64,000 bases of DNA from Candidatus Manganitrophaceae bacterium (GTDB taxonomy: Bacteria > Nitrospirota > Nitrospiria > SBBL01 > Manganitrophaceae): contig JACQEZ010000006.1 of the NCBI GenBank assembly GCA_016200325.1, positions 30,302 to 94,301 on the forward strand, in the 5' to 3' direction. Within the stretch, counting starts at the first letter, position 1, and each line of letters starts with the position of its first letter. Shown one piece after another: positions 38,428 through 46,989 of the stretch. The notes under the pieces are model-generated. The model had not been told where the DNA came from, did no database searches, and saw only the letters and a list, made by a program, of their open reading frames with translations. Position numbers and translations under genes: made by a program.

Positions 38428-38901
38428 ATGGAAAGCAGGGGAGATTTTTCGAAAAGGGTTTCAGGAAAACGGTCGTCGTTCAGCGGCTCGACAGGGAGGA
38501 AGGCCCGGCTCCGCACGGCGGTCACGCTTCTAATCTCATCAGCTTTATTCGGATTCGTTTCATTCGGATCGGCCAGCGTCGGCCCCCAGGTCCATGTTCC
38601 GAAGGTCCCGAAGCTGATCGAGCAAAACCCCGGCGCCCCCTTCCTCGTCGCCCGGGACAACTATTACTCTCCGCGTTACCTTCAGGTGAAGGTGAGAGGC
38701 GGCAGCGTCCTTTCAATCGAGAACAAGGGAGCGAACACCCACGGGCTGATCATCCCGGCGTTTGCATATCAAGGGGTCGTTCAACCGGGCGGGGTCCAGA
38801 AAATCAGGGTGCCGAAGAAAAAGGCGGGGCTGTACGATTTTTATTGCCCGTATCACAAGGGGATGAGAGGGACGATTGAAATTGTGTCGGCCCATAGCTG
38901 A
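38428..38901 (+). CDS. Exported cupredoxin (type-1 copper) protein
   Basis: Basic n-region and hydrophobic segment; NTHG (His) and YDFYCPYHKGM (Cys-His-Met ligands). ATG 38428 with GGGAGG RBS. Confidence 0.82.
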   Translation: MESRGDFSKRVSGKRSSFSGSTGRKARLRTAVTLLISSALFGFVSFGSASVGPQVHVPKVPKLIEQNPGAPFLVARDNYYSPRYLQVKVRGGSVLSIENKGANTHGLIIPAFAYQGVVQPGGVQKIRVPKKKAGLYDFYCPYHKGMRGTIEIVSAHS

Positions 38902-38945
38902 TGGCGCCGCCCGCGTAAACCCGGTCCATCCCGATCGAATCGGTC

Positions 38946-39377
38946 CTACGCCGTCTGGCATTTGGAGCAAAAGCCGTAGAAGGTGACCGAGAGATTCGCT
39001 TTTTGGAAATCGTGGATCTCCCGCAGCGCCCTTTCCACCTGTTCGAAGAAGCTCCGGTTCCCTTTGCTGACTTTACCGCACGCTTTGCAAATGATGAAAT
39101 GGTGGACCGGCTGCTCGAAGATAAACTGATACCGCTTCCCTTTTCCCGGAACGCTGATCTCCTGGATCACGCTCAGCTGCTTGAGCATCTCCAGATTTCG
39201 ATAGATGCTCGACCGGTTGATGCCGGGGAGCTTGTCCTGAAGATGCGCGACGATCTCCGGCAGGGAGAGGTCCCTCGAATGATGATCGATGAAGTACTGA
39301 AGCAAAATCTGCCGGGCCGGTGTAATCCGCTGCTGATTATGACGGAGCACGGCAATCAAATCTTTATGTTTTTTCAT
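38946..39377 (-). CDS. Fur family transcriptional regulator (Fur/Zur/PerR)
   Basis: RITPARQ, SIYRNLEML, HHFIICKACGKV, FYGFCSKC. ATG 39377 with GGAGG RBS. Confidence 0.9.
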   Translation of the reverse strand: MKKHKDLIAVLRHNQQRITPARQILLQYFIDHHSRDLSLPEIVAHLQDKLPGINRSSIYRNLEMLKQLSVIQEISVPGKGKRYQFIFEQPVHHFIICKACGKVSKGNRSFFEQVERALREIHDFQKANLSVTFYGFCSKCQTA

Positions 39378-39449
39378 ATTCCCTCCGGTCCACTCGGCGA
39401 TGTCATCGTGGACGATGCACCCTCCAGATGCTACACGATTCATCATGCA

Positions 39450-39516
39450 AATGCAACATATATTTATTTGCGACATGTTGCATTATTTGCTATAGTTAAT
39501 TTGAACACGTTGTTCA
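39450..39516. promoter_or_regulatory. Palindromic operator candidates in the fur/sulP divergent intergenic
   Basis: AATGCAACAT (39450-59) and ATGTTGCATT (39475-84) form an inverted pair; TGCGAC-AT-GTTGCA (39469-82); TGAACA-N3-TGTTCA (39502-16). Confidence 0.5.
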
Positions 39517-39548
39517 TGTCTAATTGATTTATTTGAGAAAGGGACCAG

Positions 39549-41360
39549 ATGAAAACGGGGGTGGTTACGCCGACGCCGGTGGTTACGTCGTCGGTTTCTT
39601 ATGTCGATCGGGTATGGATGTTTACAAAAACAAACTATCTCGTCGATGTGGCGGGCGATTTCTGGGGAGGGATAACCGCGGCGATTGTTGCCCTCCCGCT
39701 GGCGCTCGCCTTTGCGCTCGCCTCAGGGGTCGATGCGAAATACGGGCTTTACACCGCGATCGTCGCCGCTGTCGTGGCGGCCCTCTTCGGCGGCTCGAAA
39801 GTACAGATTACCGGACCGACCGGCGCTATGGCGGTGATCCTCGCCGGGATTGTTGCGCAGTATGGGATACAGAAGCTCTGGGTCGCTGCGATTCTTGCCG
39901 GCGTCTTCCAGATCGCCCTCGGTCTCTCGAAGATGGGGCGGTTCGTCCTTTATATTCCTCATCCGTTGATCACCGGCTTCACGAATGGAATCGCCGTGAT
40001 TATCTTTGCCGGTCAGCTGAACAATGCCCTCGGCCTGCAGTTCCCGGCCGCCGGAGATGCGAATTTTTTTGAAAAGATCTATATCACGGTTACCCACCTT
40101 CCGCAGGCGAACCTTTCGGCGGTTCTTCTGACGGCCGCGATCCTCCTGATCATGTGGATGATGCCGGTCTCCATCACCCGCCGGGTGCCGGCCTCTTTGA
40201 TCGGTCTCACCTTGATCACCGCACTGGCGGCCCTGCTCCACCTGAATGTCCCGACGATCGGGGCGATTCCCCACCTCCTTCCAAGCCCCCAGCTTCCCAA
40301 ATGGTCGTGGGGAGATCTTTCACTTTTGATTCGGCCGGCGCTGGCATTGGCGGCGCTTGGATCCATCGAATCGCTCCTCTCGGCGGTGGTCGCCGACAGC
40401 ATGATGACCTCCGAACGCCACGACAGCAATAAGGAGCTGGTCGGGCAGGGGCTGGCGAACATTGTGACCGCTTTCTTTCAGGGGATTCCGTCTACCGGCG
40501 CGATCGCCCGGACGGCGGTGAACGTCAAGAGCGGGGCGAAGTCGCGCCTCTCCAGCATCTTTCACAGTGTCACGCTGGTGATCATCATGTTTTTCCTCGC
40601 CGACTTCGCCGCCCATATCCCCCTCGCCGCATTGGCCGGAATCTTAATGATGACCTCCTTCCGCATGGTGGAGTGGGAGAGCACCCGGGCGGTCTTTCGC
40701 GCCCCCGAAGCCGACCGGATCGTCTTGCTGATCACCTTCGGTATCACGGTGGCGTTCGATCTGATCCTGGCGGTTGAGATCGGATTGATCGCCGCGGGGC
40801 TCCTCTTCATCCGGAGAATGAGCGGCCTCGGAATGCTTAACCAGTCGGTCGATTCAATCCTCAAAACCCCCGAAAAGGCCGAGCCGATTCAGGTCTGTCC
40901 CTATGTCGTGGTCTTCGAGGTCGGCGGGCCGATCTTCTTCGGCGCGGCGGAGAAGTTCGTCAATGAGGTGAAGAAAAGATTTGACATGAAAGTCCTGATT
41001 CTTCGTCTCCGGCTGGTCACGATGATCGACGCCACCGGCGTCATGGCCTTTCGTGCCATTCTCGACCATACGGAGCATATCGGCGCGAAGCTTTATATCA
41101 GCGGGTTACAGCCGCAGGTTCGCTCCGTATTGACAAAAATGGAGCTGATCGACCGCATCCCGGAGTGGCGGATTTTCGATCGGGCGAGCGAAGCGATCAT
41201 GGCCGCCGCCGAGAGAATGTCGAAAGAGGTCTGCACCTCCTGTCCCCACTACATTGAGAGCGGATGTGACCTCTTGCAAAGCGCGCAGAAGCCGGTTTCC
41301 CGCCCGTCGGAAACGCAGACAACGCCTGAAGTCGGCCTGACGATGCAAAACCATCCTTGA
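39549..41360 (+). CDS. SulP/SLC26 family anion transporter with STAS domain
   Basis: GITAAIVALPLALAFA, GPTGAMAV, DSNKELVGQGLAN, TGAIARTAVNVKSG, STAS GPIFFGA...VTMIDATG. Confidence 0.92.
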   Translation: MKTGVVTPTPVVTSSVSYVDRVWMFTKTNYLVDVAGDFWGGITAAIVALPLALAFALASGVDAKYGLYTAIVAAVVAALFGGSKVQITGPTGAMAVILAGIVAQYGIQKLWVAAILAGVFQIALGLSKMGRFVLYIPHPLITGFTNGIAVIIFAGQLNNALGLQFPAAGDANFFEKIYITVTHLPQANLSAVLLTAAILLIMWMMPVSITRRVPASLIGLTLITALAALLHLNVPTIGAIPHLLPSPQLPKWSWGDLSLLIRPALALAALGSIESLLSAVVADSMMTSERHDSNKELVGQGLANIVTAFFQGIPSTGAIARTAVNVKSGAKSRLSSIFHSVTLVIIMFFLADFAAHIPLAALAGILMMTSFRMVEWESTRAVFRAPEADRIVLLITFGITVAFDLILAVEIGLIAAGLLFIRRMSGLGMLNQSVDSILKTPEKAEPIQVCPYVVVFEVGGPIFFGAAEKFVNEVKKRFDMKVLILRLRLVTMIDATGVMAFRAILDHTEHIGAKLYISGLQPQVRSVLTKMELIDRIPEWRIFDRASEAIMAAAERMSKEVCTSCPHYIESGCDLLQSAQKPVSRPSETQTTPEVGLTMQNHP

Positions 41361-41387
41361 TCTTCGAATCTTTGGTCACGGAATACC

Positions 41388-41418
41388 GTTTGGGAGAGGC
41401 CCTGCGCCTCTCTCAAAC
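41388..41418. terminator. Stem-loop between convergent sulP and pal
   Basis: GTTTGGGAGAGGC / 5-nt loop / GCCTCTCTCAAAC (13 bp, one G-U); weak U-tracts. Confidence 0.45.
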
Positions 41419-41440
41419 ATTCACACTGAAACAACCTCTC

Positions 41441-42025
41441 TCAATTTTCTGCACCCGGCGAAACAAAATGGGCTCGCCGATTCTCACGGTAACATCCCTC
41501 GCTCTGTTCGGAGCAGAACGGCTTCTCTTTTCCATAGCTGATGGTCGAGAGCTGGGAGGGGGCAACACCCAAATCGATCAGATATCGCTTTACCGCCTCC
41601 GCCCGACGGTTTCCGAGAGTTAAGTTATACTCGGTCGTCCCTCGCTCGTCGCAATGCCCTTCAATCGTGACTTTTGTTTCAGGATGTTCCTTTAACGCTT
41701 TTGCATCCTCTATTAATCCGGTTTTTGCTTCTTGCCGAAGGAGCGCCTTGTCATAATCAAAGAAGGTATCCTGAAGTTGAAGCGCCTTCTTGGGAACCCC
41801 CATCGCCGTCTGCTTTGGAACTTGCGCCGAACTCGAAGAGGGAGGAATCACTTCCATTAAATCGTGTCTGGGCATCCCCTCCGTCGAAGGGGCGGCATGC
41901 GCGCTCAGACCGGGAGCTTCTGTTCCTTCGGTCTTTAAGGCGCTGTTTTCCATCTTCCGGTTACACGCCGGCAAAACAACCGTCAGGGTTGCAAGCAGAA
42001 GTAGGGTCATCTTCCATCGGTTCAT
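41441..42025 (-). CDS. pal: Peptidoglycan-associated lipoprotein (OmpA/Pal family)
   Basis: Lipobox VLPA-C, FFDYDK, IEGHCDERGTTEYNLTLGNRRA, ISYGKEKP, NRRAHF. ATG 42025 with AGGAG RBS. Confidence 0.88.
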   Translation of the reverse strand: MNRWKMTLLLLATLTVVLPACNRKMENSALKTEGTEAPGLSAHAAPSTEGMPRHDLMEVIPPSSSSAQVPKQTAMGVPKKALQLQDTFFDYDKALLRQEAKTGLIEDAKALKEHPETKVTIEGHCDERGTTEYNLTLGNRRAEAVKRYLIDLGVAPSQLSTISYGKEKPFCSEQSEGCYRENRRAHFVSPGAEN

Positions 42026-42727
42026 CTTTTTTCTCCTTTGTTGGATCAGAAAGGGACCGCTTTCTCCTATTTCGCAAAACAGCGGCAGCGGGTCCCGGGG
42101 TTCACTCAAGCGGCCTTAATCAACGTACCGCCTGGATCGGGGCTATTTATTTTTTTATGAAGGGACAAGGTCGCTTCCTCCACCTGCTTGAGCGCTTACT
42201 TTGTATACAAAATAATAATAGGAAAGGGTAGCACTTTGTATGTCGTTGTCAAATATTTTGCGAAAAGAGGCGCCGGCCGGTTCGGGAACCATTTCCCGAA
42301 TCGGGGACGGAAACGACTTAAGAAATATTCAATTGATCTTTCAATTATCCTAAAATATTATATTCTCGGTAAGAATTTCCAGAGATTTTCCATTTTATAA
42401 ACCGTTTGTTTCATTACCCTCCCAGTCCGCCTATTGTTTACCTCCTCACAAGTCCTTTATTCGACGAAGCTGCTGCTCAGAAACCCTTTTCTTCAAATCA
42501 TCAAAAGATTTACTAAATCGCGCAAGCGCATCCGTTGAGAACCGACCGTCATTAAACAGACCTTGGTCATCCTAAACGCTGCCGTGAATTCGAGCCGGGC
42601 GGAATCTCCAAATGGGGTTTCTCTCCTTACGATACATTTTGATACGTTTAAGAACGAATCGTTACCCCAGACCTTGAAAACAAGAGGCATTGCGATTCGC
42701 GGCTCGAACGACTTCAATGGCTTACGG

Positions 42728-42744
42728 TTGGCATTCGATTTGCG
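42728..42744 (+). promoter_or_regulatory. Putative sigma54 promoter upstream of the hydrolase/redox block
   Basis: TTGGCATT-CGAT-TTGCG, exact GG-N10-GC and close to YTGGCACG-N4-TTGCW. Confidence 0.6.
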
Positions 42745-42982
42745 ATATGACATCTGGTTTGACGTTCATAGACTCAAACTCAAAGAGGAAAATGTGCATG
42801 GTCGCAATATCGTTCGCGCCGACCCGGTACCGCTTTATTCCAAACTTATCTTATCTAATATAACAAGGTCGACAAGGGTCGCCACTTCACGGCGGAGCTC
42901 CGAGCCGCGTTCAAGCCGCCGCGCTCGCTGACTTGCCTACGCACAAACCCAAAAATCCAAAACGACTCAAAGGGAGGAGACC

Positions 42983-44224
42983 GTGGCCCAAACCAGTCCG
43001 AGACAACGAGGGAGCGAGCAGGTGGCTGATCAGAATGCGATCCGCCCTTTTCGCGTGAGTTTTCCAGATACAGACCTCGCCGATCTGCGCAGGCGCATCA
43101 ACGCAACGAAGTGGCCTGAGCGGGAAACGGTCTCGGATGACTCGCAGGGGGTGCAGCTCGCGACGATGCAATCGCTTGCGCGCTACTGGGCGACCGATTA
43201 TGACTGGCGCAAGGTTGAGGTGCGGCTGAACGGGGTGCCGAACTTTATCACGAACATCGACGGGCTCGACATTCATTTCATCCACGTCCGCTCGAAGCAT
43301 GAGAACGCACTGCCGCTGATCATCACGCACGGATGGCCCGGCTCGATCATCGAGCAGATGAAAGTTATTGGGCCGCTGACCGATCCGACAGCGCATGGTG
43401 CGAGCGCCTCGGACGCGTTCCATGTCGTGATTCCATCGCTGCCGGGCTACGGCTTCTCCGGTAAGCCGACGGCGCCCGGGTGGAACCCCGCCCGCATCGC
43501 TCGCGCCTGGACGACGCTGATGCAGCGTCTCGGCTACACCCGGTTCGTGGCGCAGGGGGGCGACTGGGGGAATGCCGTCTCGGAGACGATGGCCCTGCAG
43601 CAGTCGCCGGGACTGCTCGGCATTCACACCAACATGCCGGCCACGGTTCCAGCCGACATTGCAAAGGCGCTCGCGTCCAACGAGGCCCCGCCGACCGATC
43701 TCACACCCGACGAGCGGCACGCGTGGGGTCAGCTCGACTTTTTCTACAAGAAGGGGCTCGGCTACGCCAACGAGATGGGCCTCCGCCCGCAGACGCTTTA
43801 CGGGCTGGTCGACTCTCCGATCGGCCTCGCGGCCTGGATGCTCGACCACGACGCGCGCAGCGAAGAGATGATCGCCCGGGTCTTCGACGGGAAGAAGGAG
43901 GGGCTGTCGCGGGACGACGTCCTCGACAACGTCACCCTCTACTGTCTGACGAACACCGCGATTTCCTCGGCGCGCCTCTACTGGGACACCCGGCAGCTTC
44001 CGGCAAAGGGCGGTTTCTTCGACGCGAGGGGGGTCCGGATCCCGGTCGCCGTGAGCGCCTTCGCCGAGGAGATCTACACCGCCCCGCGGAGCTGGGCGGA
44101 GCAGGCGTATCCGAAGCTCATTCACTACAACAAGCTCGATAAGGGGACACACTTCGCGGCGTGGGAGCAGCCGCAACTCTTTTCAGAAGAGGTCCGCGCC
44201 GGCTTCCGACCTCTGCGTAAATAG
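42983..44224 (+). CDS. Epoxide hydrolase (EHN + alpha/beta hydrolase)
   Basis: IRPFRV, GLDIHFIHV, HGWPGS, QGGDWG nucleophile, HFAAWEQP. GTG with GGAGGAG RBS. Confidence 0.92.
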   Translation: MAQTSPRQRGSEQVADQNAIRPFRVSFPDTDLADLRRRINATKWPERETVSDDSQGVQLATMQSLARYWATDYDWRKVEVRLNGVPNFITNIDGLDIHFIHVRSKHENALPLIITHGWPGSIIEQMKVIGPLTDPTAHGASASDAFHVVIPSLPGYGFSGKPTAPGWNPARIARAWTTLMQRLGYTRFVAQGGDWGNAVSETMALQQSPGLLGIHTNMPATVPADIAKALASNEAPPTDLTPDERHAWGQLDFFYKKGLGYANEMGLRPQTLYGLVDSPIGLAAWMLDHDARSEEMIARVFDGKKEGLSRDDVLDNVTLYCLTNTAISSARLYWDTRQLPAKGGFFDARGVRIPVAVSAFAEEIYTAPRSWAEQAYPKLIHYNKLDKGTHFAAWEQPQLFSEEVRAGFRPLRK

Positions 44225-44325
44225 GGGAGTGATCAACGAAGAAGAGAGGATATGTACGGCCGGGCTCTCTCAAGGTCATCGCCGTGCTCACGATCCGGAC
44301 GCGAGAAAGAACAGGAGGCGAAGAG

Positions 44326-44937
44326 ATGAGTGAAGGTTTCTTCTCACGCGGGTTTCACGGTCGACGCCGGACGAGTGACCTCAGCGAGAGACTCCCGCCG
44401 GGACAATACCTTGAGCGTGACTTTCCCGTCCTCTCGGCAGGGCCGACCCCGCAGACGCCCCTCGCGAGCTGGGATTTCTCCATTGTCGGGGAGGTCGATC
44501 AGCCGAAACGCTGGAGCTGGGATGCATTTCATACGCTCCCACGCGAGACAATCACCCGGGACATTCACTGTGTGACCAAGTGGTCGAAGCTCGACACGTA
44601 CTGGGAGGGGGTCTCCCTCGATCTCCTGCTCGCGCAGGTCGCCACGGCGGCCGAATACGTGATCGCCTTCTGTGATGGGGGCTATACCACCAATCTGCCG
44701 CTGGAAGAGGTGACGGGGAGGAAGGCTTGGATTGTCGATACCTATGAAGGGGAGCCGCTGGCGTCTGAACATGGCGGCCCGGCGCGTTTGCTGATCCCCC
44801 ATCTCTACTTTTGGAAGAGCGCCAAGTGGGTGCGCGGCCTCCGTCTGCTTGAGAAGGATGAGCCGGGCTTCTGGGAGTCGCTCGGCTACAACAATCACGG
44901 TGATCCATGGAAGGAAGAACGCTACTGGGGCGACTGA
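44326..44937 (+). CDS. Sulfite oxidase-like molybdopterin oxidoreductase (MsrP/YedY-related), no export signal
   Basis: LPPGQ, DIHCVTKWS (Mo-ligating Cys), YTTNLPL, EHGGPARL, YFWKSAKW, GFWE...GDPW. Confidence 0.87.
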   Translation: MSEGFFSRGFHGRRRTSDLSERLPPGQYLERDFPVLSAGPTPQTPLASWDFSIVGEVDQPKRWSWDAFHTLPRETITRDIHCVTKWSKLDTYWEGVSLDLLLAQVATAAEYVIAFCDGGYTTNLPLEEVTGRKAWIVDTYEGEPLASEHGGPARLLIPHLYFWKSAKWVRGLRLLEKDEPGFWESLGYNNHGDPWKEERYWGD

Positions 44938-45680
44938 GCTGGCAGCTCGGCGAGGTGGTGGCGACGCGGCCGGAAACCGCCCGGACGAAGAGCATTACAC
45001 TCGATCTCCCCGGCTGGACGGGGCATCGCGCGGGGCAGCACGTCGACGTGCGACTCACGGCAGAAGACGGCTACCGGGCCGAGCGAAGCTATTCTATCGC
45101 CTCTCCGCCCGAGGAGGCGCCGCGGGTGACGCTCACCGTCGAACGGCTCGATGACGGGGAGGTGTCCCCCTACCTCACCGAGGAGCTGCGCGTCGGCGAC
45201 AAACTGGAGCTGCGCGGCCCGATCGGAGGCTACTTCGTCTGGGAGGCGGAGATCGGCGGCCCGCTCCTGCTGGTGGCCGGAGGGTCGGGCATCGTGCCGC
45301 TGATGGCGATGCTGCGCCACCGGGACGCCGCGGCCGGCACGGTGGCGACCCGTCTGCTCTATTCGTCGCGCGCTCTGGAGGAGATGATCTACCGTGACGA
45401 ACTCAACCGGCGAATGAAAAGCAGCGCGATGTTGGAGGTGTTGCAGACGCTGACCCGAGCGCAGCCGCCCGGATGGACCGGCTACTCCCGCCGGATCGAT
45501 CTCCAGATGCTGCGGGAGGTGGCCTGGCCGGTCGAGCAGCGTCCGCTGACGTTTATCTGCGGGCCAACCCCTTTCGTCGAAACGGCCGCAGCCATTCTGG
45601 TCAAACTGGGACATGAACCGGCACGCCTCAAGACGGAACGATTCGGACCGACCGGAGAGAAAAAGCATGATGGAGAATAA
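44907..45680 (+). CDS. Ferredoxin-NAD(P)+ reductase-like FAD/NAD(P)H oxidoreductase
   Basis: RSYSIAS, GEVSPYL, RGPIGG, AGGSGIVP, ICGPTPF, ERFG. Overlaps the upstream gene by 31 nt. Confidence 0.88.
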   Translation: MEGRTLLGRLSWQLGEVVATRPETARTKSITLDLPGWTGHRAGQHVDVRLTAEDGYRAERSYSIASPPEEAPRVTLTVERLDDGEVSPYLTEELRVGDKLELRGPIGGYFVWEAEIGGPLLLVAGGSGIVPLMAMLRHRDAAAGTVATRLLYSSRALEEMIYRDELNRRMKSSAMLEVLQTLTRAQPPGWTGYSRRIDLQMLREVAWPVEQRPLTFICGPTPFVETAAAILVKLGHEPARLKTERFGPTGEKKHDGE

Positions 45681-45930
45681 GCTAGACGGTAACGCTGCCG
45701 CCGGCATCTTGCAAGAAATCTTTCCCTTTGAAATGACCCTCGCCCAGGCCACCTGCGCCGGCTGCGGCGCCCACGATGTGATCGGCGCGGCCGCTGCCTA
45801 CATGCACCGGATGGGGACGATCATCCGTTGTTCCCGGTGCGACAATACGCTCATCCGCATCACACATATCCGGGGGAGCTACTTGCTCGATATGCGAGGC
45901 GTGCACCTCCTTCAAATGAAGGAAGGGTAG
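45667..45930 (+). CDS. Small two-CxxC protein (DUF6510-like)
   Basis: LDGNAAAG, CAGC, RCSRC, LDMRG. Overlaps the reductase stop. The family name is recalled, not searched. Confidence 0.72.
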   Translation: MMENKLDGNAAAGILQEIFPFEMTLAQATCAGCGAHDVIGAAAAYMHRMGTIIRCSRCDNTLIRITHIRGSYLLDMRGVHLLQMKEG

Positions 45931-46028
45931 GGGGGAACCTTTTGCGCAAGGCGTGATGAACAGGGTCTGGTCTTGTCATGCACAATAACGTCTCGCAAGA
46001 GAACCATCAAACTGAGAAGGAGAAAATC

Positions 46029-46853
46029 ATGAGTACGATAACGCTGAAGGATGGAACCGAGATTTATTACAAGGATTGGGGCACCGGTCAGCCGATCGTG
46101 TTCAGCCATGGCTGGCCGCTCTCGGCGGACGATTGGGACACGCAGATGCTCTTCTTCCTCGGCAAAGGTTTCCGTGTGATCGCCCATGACCGCCGCGGCC
46201 ATGGTCGCTCCACCCAGACCGGCGGCGGCCATGACATGGATCATTATGCCGACGACCTCGCGGCTTTGACCGCGCATCTGAATCTGGAAAATGCCGTGCA
46301 CGTCGGCCACTCCACCGGCGGCGGCGAAGTGGTCCATTATCTGGCGCGCCATGGTGAAAGCCGGGTGGCAAAGGCGGCGATTGTCAGCGCGGTGCCGCCG
46401 CTGATGGTAAAGACAGCCGCCAATCCGGGTGGGCTGCCCAAGGAGGTTTTTGACGGATTTCAGGCGCAGCTCGCCACCCATCGCGCCCAGTTTTATTACG
46501 ATTTGCCGGCCGGACCCTTCTATGGCTATAACCGGCCCGGCGCGAAACCGTCTCAGGGGGTGATCGGGAACTGGTGGCGCCAGGGGATGATGGGAGGGGC
46601 GAAGGCGCATTATGACGGCATCGTCGCCTTCTCCCAGACCGACTTCACTGAAGACCTGAAGAAGATCACGGTGCCGGTGCTGGTGATGCATGGCGATGAC
46701 GACCAGATCGTCCCGTATGCCGATTCCGCGCCGCTGTCGGCAAAGCTGCTGAAGAACGGCATCCTAAAAACCTATAGAGGCTTTCCGCACGGCATGCCGA
46801 CGACCGAGGCCGACACCATTAACGCCGACCTGCTGGCTTTCATCAAGTCGTAA
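46029..46853 (+). CDS. Non-heme chloroperoxidase-like alpha/beta hydrolase (perhydrolase)
   Basis: [44 protein letters not shown]. Confidence 0.9.
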   Translation: MSTITLKDGTEIYYKDWGTGQPIVFSHGWPLSADDWDTQMLFFLGKGFRVIAHDRRGHGRSTQTGGGHDMDHYADDLAALTAHLNLENAVHVGHSTGGGEVVHYLARHGESRVAKAAIVSAVPPLMVKTAANPGGLPKEVFDGFQAQLATHRAQFYYDLPAGPFYGYNRPGAKPSQGVIGNWWRQGMMGGAKAHYDGIVAFSQTDFTEDLKKITVPVLVMHGDDDQIVPYADSAPLSAKLLKNGILKTYRGFPHGMPTTEADTINADLLAFIKS

Positions 46854-46989
46854 CAACCGCCGGCTGGACCGGCTGGAAAGGAGCGCGCTCTTTCCTTCGG
46901 AATGCCGGAACAGGATGCCGAGCCGGTCATTGACGGCGACCGTAATCGATCCGCATTCGCCTGCGTGGAATCTTATGGAAGGATCCGTC

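Noticed and set aside
42493-42753. Minus-strand 86-aa ORF with faint PilZ-like look (EPRIAMPLVFKV...NVS...ETPFGDSARLEF)
   Set aside because: RxxxR and DxSxxG motifs are not properly present, there is no RBS, and it overlaps the sigma54-like site on the other strand.
44326-44400. GRRRT as a Tat signal on the Mo enzyme
   Set aside because: No hydrophobic h-region or cleavage site follows; the catalytic domain starts immediately.
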